Below, in pieces: positions 12,405-23,827 of a DNA stretch of 64,000 bases. Location of the stretch: positions 190,466,001-190,530,000 of the forward strand of contig NC_086097.1 in assembly GCF_963921235.1 (NCBI RefSeq). Reading direction: 5' to 3'. The notes beneath the pieces are model-generated. The model worked only from the letters and a program-made list of their open reading frames with translations, did no database searches and was not told where the DNA came from. The stretch is from Mobula hypostoma (Eukaryota). A program made the translations under genes and the position numbers. Every line of letters begins with the position of its first letter. Position 1 is the stretch's first letter.

Positions 12405-12920
12405 TGATTGAGGATCTGGTGCTGAGGACAGGGATTCCAATTCTTAGACCATTGGGATTATTCTAGGGTAAAGGCAATGTGTACAAGAGGGACAGTTTGC
12501 ACTTGAACCAAAGCAGGCAATATCCCTGCAGGAAAATTTGCTAGTGCTACATGCAGGGTTAAAACTACATTGGCAAGCTGGTGCGACTCTCAGCAAGAGC
12601 AGGAGTATGTCATGGCATAAAGCAGTAGCCAGCAAAAGCAAGTTTAGTAACCAGGATAGCTAGGGGCACAGTAAAAGCAGGGAAAGAAATGCCCAGTTTA
12701 ACTGCATTTATTCCAATTCACAAGGTTTAACAGGTAAGACAGACAAACTCGGAGCATGGAATGGCTCTGAGGACTGAGTTGTTATATGCATAACACAAGC
12801 ACACAGTAGCTGAGAGAAGGCAGTACTGGCAGCTCAATGTTCATGAGACAGATGCTACAAATAAGGAAGGAAGAGGTGTTGCCTTTTTATGAAAGAAGAA
12901 TGTAACAGCAGTACTTAGCT
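12405..12920 (+). mobile_element. Degraded CR1 LINE continuation (ORF1 end to ORF2 APE start)
   Basis: Esterase C-terminal remnant (FLDHW...LHLN) followed by an APE N-terminal remnant (NCIYSNS); collinear with 5930-6630. Confidence 0.65.
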
Positions 12921-15900
12921 TTGGCTTAGGTAGTTTCAACAGATTCACGCTATTAATTTTCATTAATACAATGCTGATTCTACGTCACTCACAGCAACCA
13001 TTTTATAGTTGGTGTCTGAAGAAGTATCACCTTGAACAAGTGATTCCTTCAGCTTGAAGCTCAGGAAGAGTAAGTAGAGTTCTACCCTGTATTTCATTCA
13101 TCCCATAACAAAACTGAGCACTATTAAGCCAAAAACTCTGACCACTCCGCTTGGGCATGTGACATGTTTGGAGTTAGCTTCTGCCCAGTTGGCCTTATCT
13201 TGGCGATTATCAAGCTTACTTATATCCCAATTAGTACACCCAGGTGTTTATCAAGATGATGCTGATATAGATCTTAGAATGATGTGGAAAGCCGCAATGC
13301 CTTTTTGAACTAGCAATGTCTTAATTGCAAGACAAAAGCTCCGGACTATAGCTGTCACATGATTTACAGAATAAATTGCATTGAAATACAGTGGAACTTT
13401 TCTGTGCAAAAATGCTTGAGAAGAATACATTGAAATGTTCAGCTTAATATCCCTTGGCTCACCTGTAAAACAGATTGTAATTAGTAGACATACTTAAATG
13501 TATTTGCAAAATAGGATTTGTCAAAGGTTGATAGCAGAGTAGAATTTATCATACTTAATTGTTTTCTCTAGTTGTTCTTTGTATCATAACGTCTGCCATA
13601 AAGGCATGATGAACTGAGCCAATCGACATGATATATTACAGCTGGCACTGCAGGCAATACACAGCAGATAATAAAACAGTCTGATTAATATATAGTTTTA
13701 AGTAATCAACAGTCTTAAGCTTTATTAGTAATGCTTCAGTTACGACAACAATATTTCTAGTACAGTATGTACAACATGCACCAGGTTTAAGTGTTTGCTA
13801 AATTATATTCTACTTAGGAGACAAACAAAGTCACAAATCTGCATGTCTTTTCTAGTCATCAGTACTTCAAGTACAAAACACTTCCCACTGGCTCTCAAGA
13901 AAAAGCAAGTCATGTGGAAATTTAAGACATCTTTGCAAATGTCAGCGAATCATTGATCTAACGATAAATGACAGTGTGATAAATGATAGTGTACTTCATA
14001 ATTTATGAAAACAAAAAGCAACTCCCTGGATAACTACACTGCATGGTCCAAAAACATCTGAATTTTTGTTCTGTTGACCTTAACTTGGATATACAAGTTC
14101 ATTGCTTCTTCAGACAGCTGCTGATTATAATTTAAGAGGGCTAATAATGACTTATAAATTCAAAAAAGTTATCAATCACATTTGTACAACACAAAATTTC
14201 TAAATACAACTGTGATATAATTATTTCTCTCATTTTCTGAATGATAAGTGTATAATCTGCACAAAAATTACTTATGCAGAATCTGTCCAGGTATAATCAA
14301 TGATCTTCTGTCATGAACATGAAAATTTCTGAAATTGCAAATCTGTGAATGATATTGAGTTTACTCTATAAAATCAACATATCAACTTAATTGGGACCAA
14401 ATTGATCTTTGAGGTTTTTTCACACTTTCTAGGTGTCCGTGACTCGATCACATTCATTCCATGAGCTTGGATGAAATCTGTCATCTATTTGACCCCAGAA
14501 ATGCTAGCCTCTTGCTTTTGCTATGGTACCTATAAATTAAGTTACACTTTTGTGAAAATGTATAGGAGAAAGGGTAACCTGAACAAATAGAACACTTGAA
14601 GGAGAAAACAAAAGTACTGCTTTCATCCATCCTGCAAGAAATACCATGACTGACGATACAAGCTGTGGGCAATTTTCCAAATCAGTCCACAACCAAAGAG
14701 CAGAACAGAACCTCTAATCCAAGACCACTCATTAATTTGAAACACAATACTTTCCCTGATGCAAGGACACAAATTGACTGTATGAAAAACAAACGTGCAC
14801 AAACCTCTGTCCTAATAACTTCTGTTACTGGATGCAGCAACTTCTTGGAAGTTGTGTGTTATAGCAGTGAAATGATTGAAATTTTATCTTACAATCGCCA
14901 CTGAAGTAATGGAGGGGGAACCTCCCATTCACCAGTGAGCCGCCCAAGCTCAAAAAACATGAAACTTCCCTGAGCATCCCTGGCTTGTTCCCCCAACTGT
15001 CTCGCTAGAGAACTGGTAACACTCTGCCCAGGCACACCAAATGCTTAAACAGCCATTTAAATCAAATGTATGCACATACCTTTGGCTTTCAGAAACATTC
15101 AAACACTGTTCCTAAAATAATTGTTTTATAAATTTAATACACCATAAGACAGGAAAACAAAAAAAACTGAAATAATCTCAATTAAATGAATTTCATTACA
15201 ATTCATAAAAAGGAAACAAGTGTGCATCCCATTTCTTTCCATTGAAATCAATGGACCTACTGGGCATGCAATATATTATTTTAATGCAAGATCAGTGGAG
15301 AGATTGCTTGGCCCGAGTGCTGTAAAATCTCTGAAGTCTGCTTAGTGTGACTTCAAACGTGTGCAAAAGATGTTTTGCGTGATCTACTGCAGAATGTGGG
15401 AGGCTAGCTTGGGATTTACTGGAATTATCAAGTCTTAAATTGACGGAGATATACAGGAGGATTTCAGAAATCTTCCTGATGGGTACAATAAATAAATAAA
15501 TAGGGGAAGGGCAAGAATAGGTCCTCAAGCAACCTAATAAAACATAATCAACTCTTGATTTTATAGTACAACTACTTCTTGATGCATTTAAAAATGATAA
15601 CCTGGCCCACAACACAACACATTAACACAGCAAACAAAAATCAGCAAGAAGAAACATTTTCAATAAGAAAACCTGTTTTCCACTTGTGGGTGCAGGGGTA
15701 CATAACAATACAGTAACCTAGCTGAGATATTGCATAAAACACAAGGCCAACTGTTTCTGAATGTCACTCACTTTCAAAATTCACTGAGCATTTATGCCAG
15801 TTTAATCAGTTATTTTGGAATCTGGGCAGAAAATACACACAAGTACAACTCATCTCTGGGTAATGAATAAGTTCTGCTTTTATATATATTCATAACTGTA

Positions 15901-18425
15901 TGTTATACCTTAGTCAGAAAATATACAAAAAAGAGAAAGAACAATTAATAAATATGAACAGAAAGAGAGGAAACCAGTTCTGCCTTTCATATGAAAAGGC
16001 ATTAAACTTTTAACTTAATATTATGGGAACGTGTTCGTATGTGGGAATGTCCATGTGTCAAGCATTCATAACCTTGGGAAAGGTAGCAACCCTACTCTAC
16101 AGTCTATTGAAATCCTTGTTTTGAAGAACTTCATACTTCATAATCAGACATATTACCAGCCCCACAAACAACCACAAAAGGATTTAAAAATTTCCAAGCA
16201 TCAACTTAGTTACTTCTGCACAAAATAAAACTGTCCCTGATAATCATTCATTATTTATGTGATACTGTGAGAAATATCAAATTTAACAATAATCTTTTAA
16301 CTTTGTACATGTCTTTAATTCGTTAAAAAATGGAAGTAATCATCAATGCAATCAATGACTGATCCTCCACGACCTGGATCAACACGTTGATGTCAAGTGG
16401 AGACTTGCGTGCTTCAAGGTCTCCATCATGCGAAGCCACCTCAGGGCGACCAATGTTGGAATGGCTGTAGATGAGATGCCAGATGAAGATTGATCCAACC
16501 CCAGCTCTCAAACGGACAGACTTGCATCTTCCCCTCCCGTGTCATGCCATAGAAAATGAGAAAACAATGATAAAAGAAAAAGTTTTTCAAATGTGACTTC
16601 ACTTGAAAAGTGTAGAAATAATTTGAATATTCTGTGCAAATGCATGTGTTTAAAACTGGCATTGCATGAGATTGGGAAGTATTTCATGTGGGGCTTCCAC
16701 TGAGTAAAGTTCTCATGGTCAGAAATTGTGCTGCCTGGAACTGAGGTCAGGACTGGAATGTGATGGAGAGTGGAAGTGATGGGTGGGTAGATGCCTGCTG
16801 TAGGCTTCATTGGGACCTATGGTGTGACTGGGTGACGAACATAGGGAGCTTGAATTGATTGGTGCTTCAGGGAGGGTGTGAGGATCAGAGAAGAATGAGA
16901 GAACAGGGAAGATTTGTGGATTTCATTGGAGGATTAACACCAGAATGAAGAGATGGCATCAGAGATTTGAAGCCAAGGGTGAGTGGAAAGACCATGGAAC
17001 TGGGGGCGGGGGGCTCTAAGGTTTGGTCTGAGAAGAGAACATGGCCAAGAGTCAAGGCGGAGTACAGAGGGGCTGGAAAATGGGGTCTTGTTAGCTTGGA
17101 AGCTAGAAGTTTGGTTAACAGAGTTAGAGAGTCCTTGCGAGTTGAGAAGACATTTAGGACTAAGTAGTCAGAACCTGGAACTTGGGGTTAGGGCAGTTAA
17201 GGGTAAGAATATCATTAGGTTATGATGACAAAAAAAGTCGAATGGTCAACCTTTTGATGTAAATGGTAGAGTGAAGTGCATGGAATGGAGTGTGGGTGTG
17301 GTTTTGCATGTGCCTGAAGAGTAAAATTATAAGAGTTACGTTGCAAGGGCCCAATCTAACATTATAATATGAAGACCCGATTTTTCTTTCCCAGAAATAT
17401 CCAGTGAAGGTCATTCTTGAGACAATATGACCTAATTTCACCTATAATGCTCCAAAAAAAAACGACAAAAGAATGAAGAAATCCCACATCTGACATGAAA
17501 GTTACTTCAGGAGGCTCATTGGTGACACATGCCAGGAAGTGTGCAAAGTAATGGGTAATAGCCTGTAAATGGTGGTATTCATATTTCACTCTAGAGAGAA
17601 GAAAAATCCATTGTTAATTGAATAATGCTGAAACAACAGTGTTATTCAATTGCAGCTCTAGGCAATTTGCTATTAAGGATGCTTTTATTTCTTGTAAAGG
17701 TTCAAAGCAAAATTAAAATTGATTTTCTGGAATATTAATATTGATATGTGTTGATGATTGGTTTTTAAAAAAACTTAATTCTTTAACATCCCTTTTATTT
17801 TCCTGGGCATACTGAATAAGCCAAGCCATTAACAGATGTATGAGTGACTTAATCCAAGTCTACTGCAGCCATAACAACTGCTGATAAGGCTTGCACTGCC
17901 AATCTGTATTCCCCATGGATACAGCTCCCATTCCTGAAGTGCCTTCCTGTATGATGTAAACTTGTTCAGCATTTTGCACACTGGGAAAATGAAGCCAAGC
18001 TCCAGCTACACTGTCAGTTTGGCTTGGTGCTTAAATGCACAATGTCATTGTCTCAGATCATGGAAAGAGAACATCGTGCAGGCTATTTTGCCATCAGGGA
18101 TGTTAGGTGATAGTCTACCATTTTGTTGAATTATGAAAAGTTAATAGATGCTTCCAGATGTTCTTTGTTTGTTTCTGTTTCTTTTCCATTCTTTGCTGTA
18201 CTGTATATGTACAATTTATATTCTGTGTTTTGTCTGTACCTACGTGCCTGTGCAAATGTTTTTCAGTGAACCTGGACCTCACCATACTCGTGCACATGAT
18301 AATAAACTCAGTAACATGGCCCGAGTAGTTGGTAAAAGTTTCTAATAATACAGATGAAAACTGTTTTATGTTTATTTGCTTTCTACTTCATGAACGCTGC
18401 TCTGCCAAGCTGGAGACCTTTGTTA

Positions 18426-19909
18426 AGATCCTGCTTTCTCTGGCGGACAGAGCATAGGTGTTCAGCGAAACGATCTCCACTTTGCCTCCAACTTTCACCC
18501 TGCCCTCAAGTTTACCTGGTCATTTTCTGACACCTCCCTCCCCTTTCTAGATCTTTCTGTCTCTATCTCTGGAGACAGCTTATCCACTGATGTCTGCTAT
18601 AAGCCTACTGACTCTCACAGCTATCTGGACTAATCCTCTTCTCACCCTGTCTCTTGCAATTCCCTTCTCGCAATTCCTCCATCTCCGCCACATCTGCTCT
18701 CAGGATGAGGCTTTTCATTCCAGGACGAGGGAGATGTCCTCCTTTTTTAAAGAAAGGGGCTTCCCTTCCTCCACCATCAACTCTGTTCTCAAACACATCT
18801 CCCCCATTTCACGCACATCTGCTCTCACCCCATTCTCCTGCCACCCCACTAGGAATAGGGTTCCCCTTGTCCTCACCTACCACCCCACCAGCCTCCGGGT
18901 CCAACATACAATTTTCCGTAACTTGCGCCACCTCCATTGGGATTCCACCACTAAGCACATCTTTCCCTTCCACCCCCCCCCCCCCCGGCTTTCCGCAGGA
19001 ATCATTCCCTACGCAACTTCCTTGTCCATCCATTCCCCCCATCCCTCCCCATGATCTCCCTCCTGGCACTTATCCTTGTAAGTAGAACAAGTGCTACACA
19101 TGCCCTTACACTTCCTCCCTTACCACCATTCAGTGCCCCAGACAGTCCTTCCAGGTGAGGCAACACTTCACCTCTGAGTCGGCTGGGGTGATATACTGCG
19201 GTCCGGTGCTCCCGCTGTGGCCTTCTATATATTGGCGAGACCCGACACAGACTGGGAGACCGCTTTGCTGAACACCTACGCTCTGTCCGCCAGAGAAAGC
19301 AGGATCTCCCAACGGTCACACATTTTAATTCCACATCCCATTCCCATTCTGACATGTCTATCCACGGCCTCCTCTACTGTAAAGATGAAGCCACACTCAG
19401 GTTGGAGGAACAACACCTTATATTCCATCTGGGTAGCCTCCAAACTAATGGCATGAATATTGACTTCTCTAACTTCTGCTAATGCCCCACCTCCCCCTCG
19501 TACCCCATCCCTTATTTATTTATATACACACATTCTTTCTCTCTCTCTCCTTTTTCTCCTTCTGTCCCTCTCACTATACCCCTTGCCCATCCTCTGGGTT
19601 CTTCCCCCCCACTTTTCTTTCTCCCTGGGCCTCCCGTCCCATGATCCTCTCATATCCCTTTTGCCAATCAACTGTCCAGCTCTTGGCTCCATCCCTCCCC
19701 CTCCTGTCTTCTCCTATCATTTTGGATCTCCCCCTCCCCCTCCCACTTTCAAATCTCTTACTAGCTCTTCCTTCAGTTAGCCCTGACGAAAGGTCTCGGC
19801 CCGAAACGTCGACTGTACCTCTTCCTAGAGATTCTGCCTGGCCTGCTGCGTTCACCAGCAACTTTGATGTGTGTTGCTTGAATTTCCAGCATCTGCAGGT
19901 TTCCTCGTG
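18426..19909 (+). mobile_element. 5'-truncated Penelope-like element (RT C-terminus, GIY-YIG, terminal repeat) with an inverted 5' segment
   Basis: Near-identical to 44555-45980; GIY-YIG remnant (IYC..CGLLYIGET..LGDRFAEH); 18426-18478 is the reverse complement of the GDRFAEHLRSVRQRKQD segment. Confidence 0.93.
19779..19814 (+). ncRNA. Minimal type I hammerhead ribozyme motif in the PLE terminal repeat (degenerate copy)
   Basis: agcc-CTGACGA-a-aggtctcggccc-GAAAC-GTC-gact; one mismatch in stem I and one in stem II. Confidence 0.65.
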
Positions 19910-20661
19910 ATTACTGACTCGGGTCTAGTTAGATAAAATAAAGAGAATGGGTCTTCTTTCTGGGCACAAATTCTTGAATGAAGTAGCAAAAGAGTATTTT
20001 TGGCCTTGCTACCTGGCTCACCCACACAGGAAAAAAAAGGATAAGGCTCTTCTACAAAGAGTGTCAGTGATTCCGCAGATGGAAATGCAATGTTAACAGA
20101 GCTGTTAACACATATAGGCTGGATTTATTGAGTGAAGTAAACTTTCAACTTTAGAAATCATTGGTGGAATATTAAAATGAAATATTATAATAATTTAAAT
20201 GCAAATAAGCAGATTCTAAGAAGGATTAGTAAAATAAAAAAGTATGCTGCACAGAAGTATTTCATTCAGTTTTTCCAAATTAAAAGAAGAGCAACAATCA
20301 AATGCAGTTGTCATAGCCTTTCTTATACATGGCTAATGCATCCCAGACAAACGATTCCTCTCATTACTTGTTGTATCCCACAACTCTGAAGCTTAGTTTC
20401 AAATGAAGCAATTTATCATCCAATTTATTTCTCCTTGGTACACGAGTCAATAATTAAGGTTTGTTGGGCTCTAGGAATTGATTGTCTAGTATATGAATAC
20501 CTAAAAATGTTGAATAATTCTCCAATAAAAAGGAACTGAAACCTATATCTGAGATTACTCATCAACCATCACATTTACTGCATCTTAAAATAATCATTTA
20601 TAGTAGGAGATGTGCAAAAATTGTATTCCAATAACATGAAAAAGATCACAGCCTTTATTTT

Positions 20662-21031
20662 ATTTTTTTTTGGCGTGTGCCTGCGTGCATGCGAGTCTGT
20701 GAATGTGCATCTGTGTGCACGTGCATATGCATCTGTGCGTGCATCCATGATGATATCTTTTTCATGGCTTTTACAAGGCGCGGAGCGAGAGCGAGAGAGA
20801 GAGAGAGAGAGAGAGAGTGTGAGAGAGAGAGAGAGAGACTGTGTGGTGCGCCACTGCTCACACAGACATTTTCACAGAATTTCCTCTTTATTTTACGAGG
20901 TCGAGTTGCGTTCACGACACTCAACCTGGCACAGATGGAAAGCGTAATCGGGAGGCGGACCCAACTAATTTCGAACCCGGGAACCTCAGCTCCCAGGTCC
21001 GGCGCCGATGTCGTTGCACCACCAGCCGACC
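20662..21031 (-). mobile_element. tRNA-derived SINE with internal (TC)n tract, poly(A) tail and 15-bp TSD
   Basis: Minus-strand head GGTCGGCTGGTGGTGCAACGAC (A box) and GGTTCGAAA (B box); perfect TSD CACAGCCTTTATTTT at 20647-20661 and 21032-21046. Confidence 0.9.
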
Positions 21032-21120
21032 CACAGCCTTTATTTTCACACTGGGACCTCTACAGCTTGTCAGGAAAATGACAATGGTTTAGTTAGTAAG
21101 CTTGCAGACAACATAAAGGC

Positions 21121-21411
21121 TTTATTTATGTATTTAGAGATATAGGATGGAATAGGCCCTTCTGGGCCTGAGCCACATCACTCAGCAAACCTCAACAATC
21201 CGCAAATTAATCCTAACCAAATCACAGGCCAACTTACAATGACCAATTAACCAACTAACAGGTACTTCTTTGCATTGTGGGAGGTAACTGGAGCACCTGG
21301 TGAAAGCCCATGCATTCCACGGGAAGAATGTACAGACTTCTTACAGAGGTCACTGGAATTGAATTCGGAACGCCAACACCCCAAGCTGTAATAGCTTCAC
21401 CCTAACCACTA
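21121..21411 (-). mobile_element. Degraded tRNA-derived SINE of V-SINE/HE1 type
   Basis: Minus-strand B-box-like GAATTCAATTCC; V-domain-like ctgtacattcttcccgtggaatgcatgggctttcaccaggtgctccagttacctcccaca; CR1-like tail ending in (TAAA)n. Confidence 0.75.
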
Positions 21412-22252
21412 CAAGTGTAGCATTCTCGATAGTGTACAATGACTCCCAACAGGGACATGTGCATGGCCAAAGGGGGCATTTAAAGAAATAGACGTTGTCG
21501 GGGGGCATTCAAGATTCTTGGGTGGGGGTGGTAAGTGGTACCCGAAACTGAGGCATGAGACTTGACTGACCATCAGTACAGCAGGCACTTGTAAAGAAGA
21601 AGATGAGGCGCTGGACCACAGGAAGAACCATAGGTTCTGAAGGCAGTGAGCACTTATTGTCACAACACATTTGAACCTTGGCAATCTCATCCAACTTTAC
21701 TAACAGAACAAACATTATTGGAGAGGCATAAATTAGCAGCCAGGGTGCCCAACAGTTCCACTTGACTTGTGGGATGGAACGAGTTCATGTAATTTAACAG
21801 TTGGTAAATCAAGTACACACTCTCAACTTTCTCGACAGATCTATGGAAAATGGTCACACAATGATATAGCACTGGCCAGAACCAAACAGTGAAATAGAGC
21901 CCATCAGTGAACTTGCAGACCCAGAGGAATCATCTTGAGGTGTTCAAAGCAACCTCGGCTTCATACATGTGGTCAGACTTTGGGGATTATGAGTCTTTCC
22001 GTGATTGGTCAATTACGCTGACTGGAATAGTATAAAGTTAGCTTGCTGACACCAGCTCTATCCCGACTAACATTCAGTTTCCAATCTGAATCCTTGTCAA
22101 GGTAATTTTCGATGTTGTGATTGTCTTCATCACCTCGCTGTTCCTTTGCATGCCGCTACTATCATTCCATCCGTGTCATCTCGCTGCCATCATCAACATC
22201 CGATAGGCATTCCCAGTTTGTGTTAATTTCTTTTAATTTAGCCCTATTATAG

Positions 22253-23827
22253 ATGGATAAATATATACGGAGTGATCTCTATGAGTCTGGAGGTGATGAA
22301 ACCTTGAATTCAAATTCTGCTAAGAAACAAAAACTACAGAAAGTGTGTCAATACAATGTTACATACCTGGAGGATGGTTTTATTCCGTTCCCAGCAGATC
22401 AGCGATGACCCATGTGTCTTAGTTCTAATACTGTACTGTCTACTGAAGCTAAGAAACAATCAAGATTGCAGGAACGCTTCTGTAACAGACACCTTGAAAA
22501 GGCTACTTTTGGTATCTTATGTTCAGAAGATGAAAGAAGCATTTGAAAAGTGTTGCACACTCGAATCATTTGCCAAGAAAGCTAAAACTGACCTGATCGT
22601 GGTCACATTGTTTTTTATAACATTTCTAAAATGATAGTAGTGTGGAAAATCTCATACAATTGGTGAAAGATTAATAATGTCTACTGTATCAGAAATGCTT
22701 ACCGCTGTTCTCAAAATGGATATCAGTACTGTATTTTAAAATCAATTCCTCTGAGTAATAACTCTACAGCTCATCATATTGATGAAATGAGTGAAGACAT
22801 TGAGTATCAACAATGCACAGAGCTACAAAAAACAGAACTTGCGATACAACTGGATGAGTCAACTGTGCGAGACAATGAGGCATTGCTAATAGTGTATGTA
22901 TGGTTGATCAAAAATGAAAAAAGTTTATGAAGGGATTGTGTTTTTGTAAAAGTTGAAAACAAATATCAACAGAGAATCAATCTACAATGAGCTCAAAATG
23001 AATATTCAGGATAAAAGCATTCCAATTAGGACCATGATTTCTTGTGCAACAGATGGTGCACCATATATGACAGGTCACTACGCTGGTTTAGTGGCATTTA
23101 TGAAAAAAGAAATTCAAAGTCTGTTTACATCAATTTCTGTAATTCATCGTCAACATCTTGCAGCCAAAAACCTCAGCCAGCGACTTTTTTCAAGCAGGAT
23201 TCTGTTGTCAACAAAATTAAAGCTCATCTATTAAATAGCAGAATATTTCACCAGTTATGCCAAGATAATGATGAAGTGTTTGAAAACGTGCTTCTTCTCA
23301 CTGAAGTGCACTGGGTGTCAAAACACTGGTGCTGAAAACATTTCTTTGATCTTTTTGACACTGATTGAATTTTTGCTTAAAGTCAACAACAGCTTGGGAA
23401 ACAAGATTGAATTTCTATGTGGAGATGTAACATACAGCACCGAGCTGTATGACAAAATGAACTTTCTCAACATGAAAATGTAGGGTGAGAATTTCAACTT
23501 AATTCAATGCAGTGTCCACTTTTATCAGAAAATTGGAAATATATAAGCAAAACATTGGGAGACAAAAGTTCTCACAGTCTCCCTACATGGAAAGTATGAC
23601 AGCTGTTTCACAGCTGGTGATTTGCAAGAGTACAACTTACCCTTGTAGTCACAAAAGAAGGATTTTCAGAATTGATACAAGGATTTGAACAACCTGGAAT
23701 TCCAGAATAGCTAATTAGCCCATTTCTTTGCAAGGTGGAAGAACAGGAATTGAGCTTCCAAAAACAATATTATTGAAATTCACAATAAAGCAAAAATACT
23801 TTTCAAAAATGTTGGCTTTTGTTATAT
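22253..23827 (+). pseudogene. hAT (Charlie/Buster-type) transposase remnant, interrupted by a CR1
   Basis: HTIGERLI, SIPLSNN, IQLDESTVRDNEALL, CATDGAPYMTG, IHRQHLAAK and TEVHWVS across frames; a few codons resume at 26434. Confidence 0.9.

Noticed and set aside
16392..16429. SECIS-like hairpin on minus (ATGA, 11-nt stem, AA, stem, TGA)
   Set aside because: The 3' GA is offset from the helix, so the non-Watson-Crick quartet does not form properly, and no selenoprotein exon is nearby
19460..19910. Recurrent 95-175 aa ORFs, also at 45535-46079 and 58139-58666
   Set aside because: They are readings of the pyrimidine-rich Penelope terminal repeat and recur only because the repeat recurs
20612..21092. 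ORFs with ERERER or SLSLSL tracts, and CVCV ORFs at 60217-60659
   Set aside because: Translations of microsatellites
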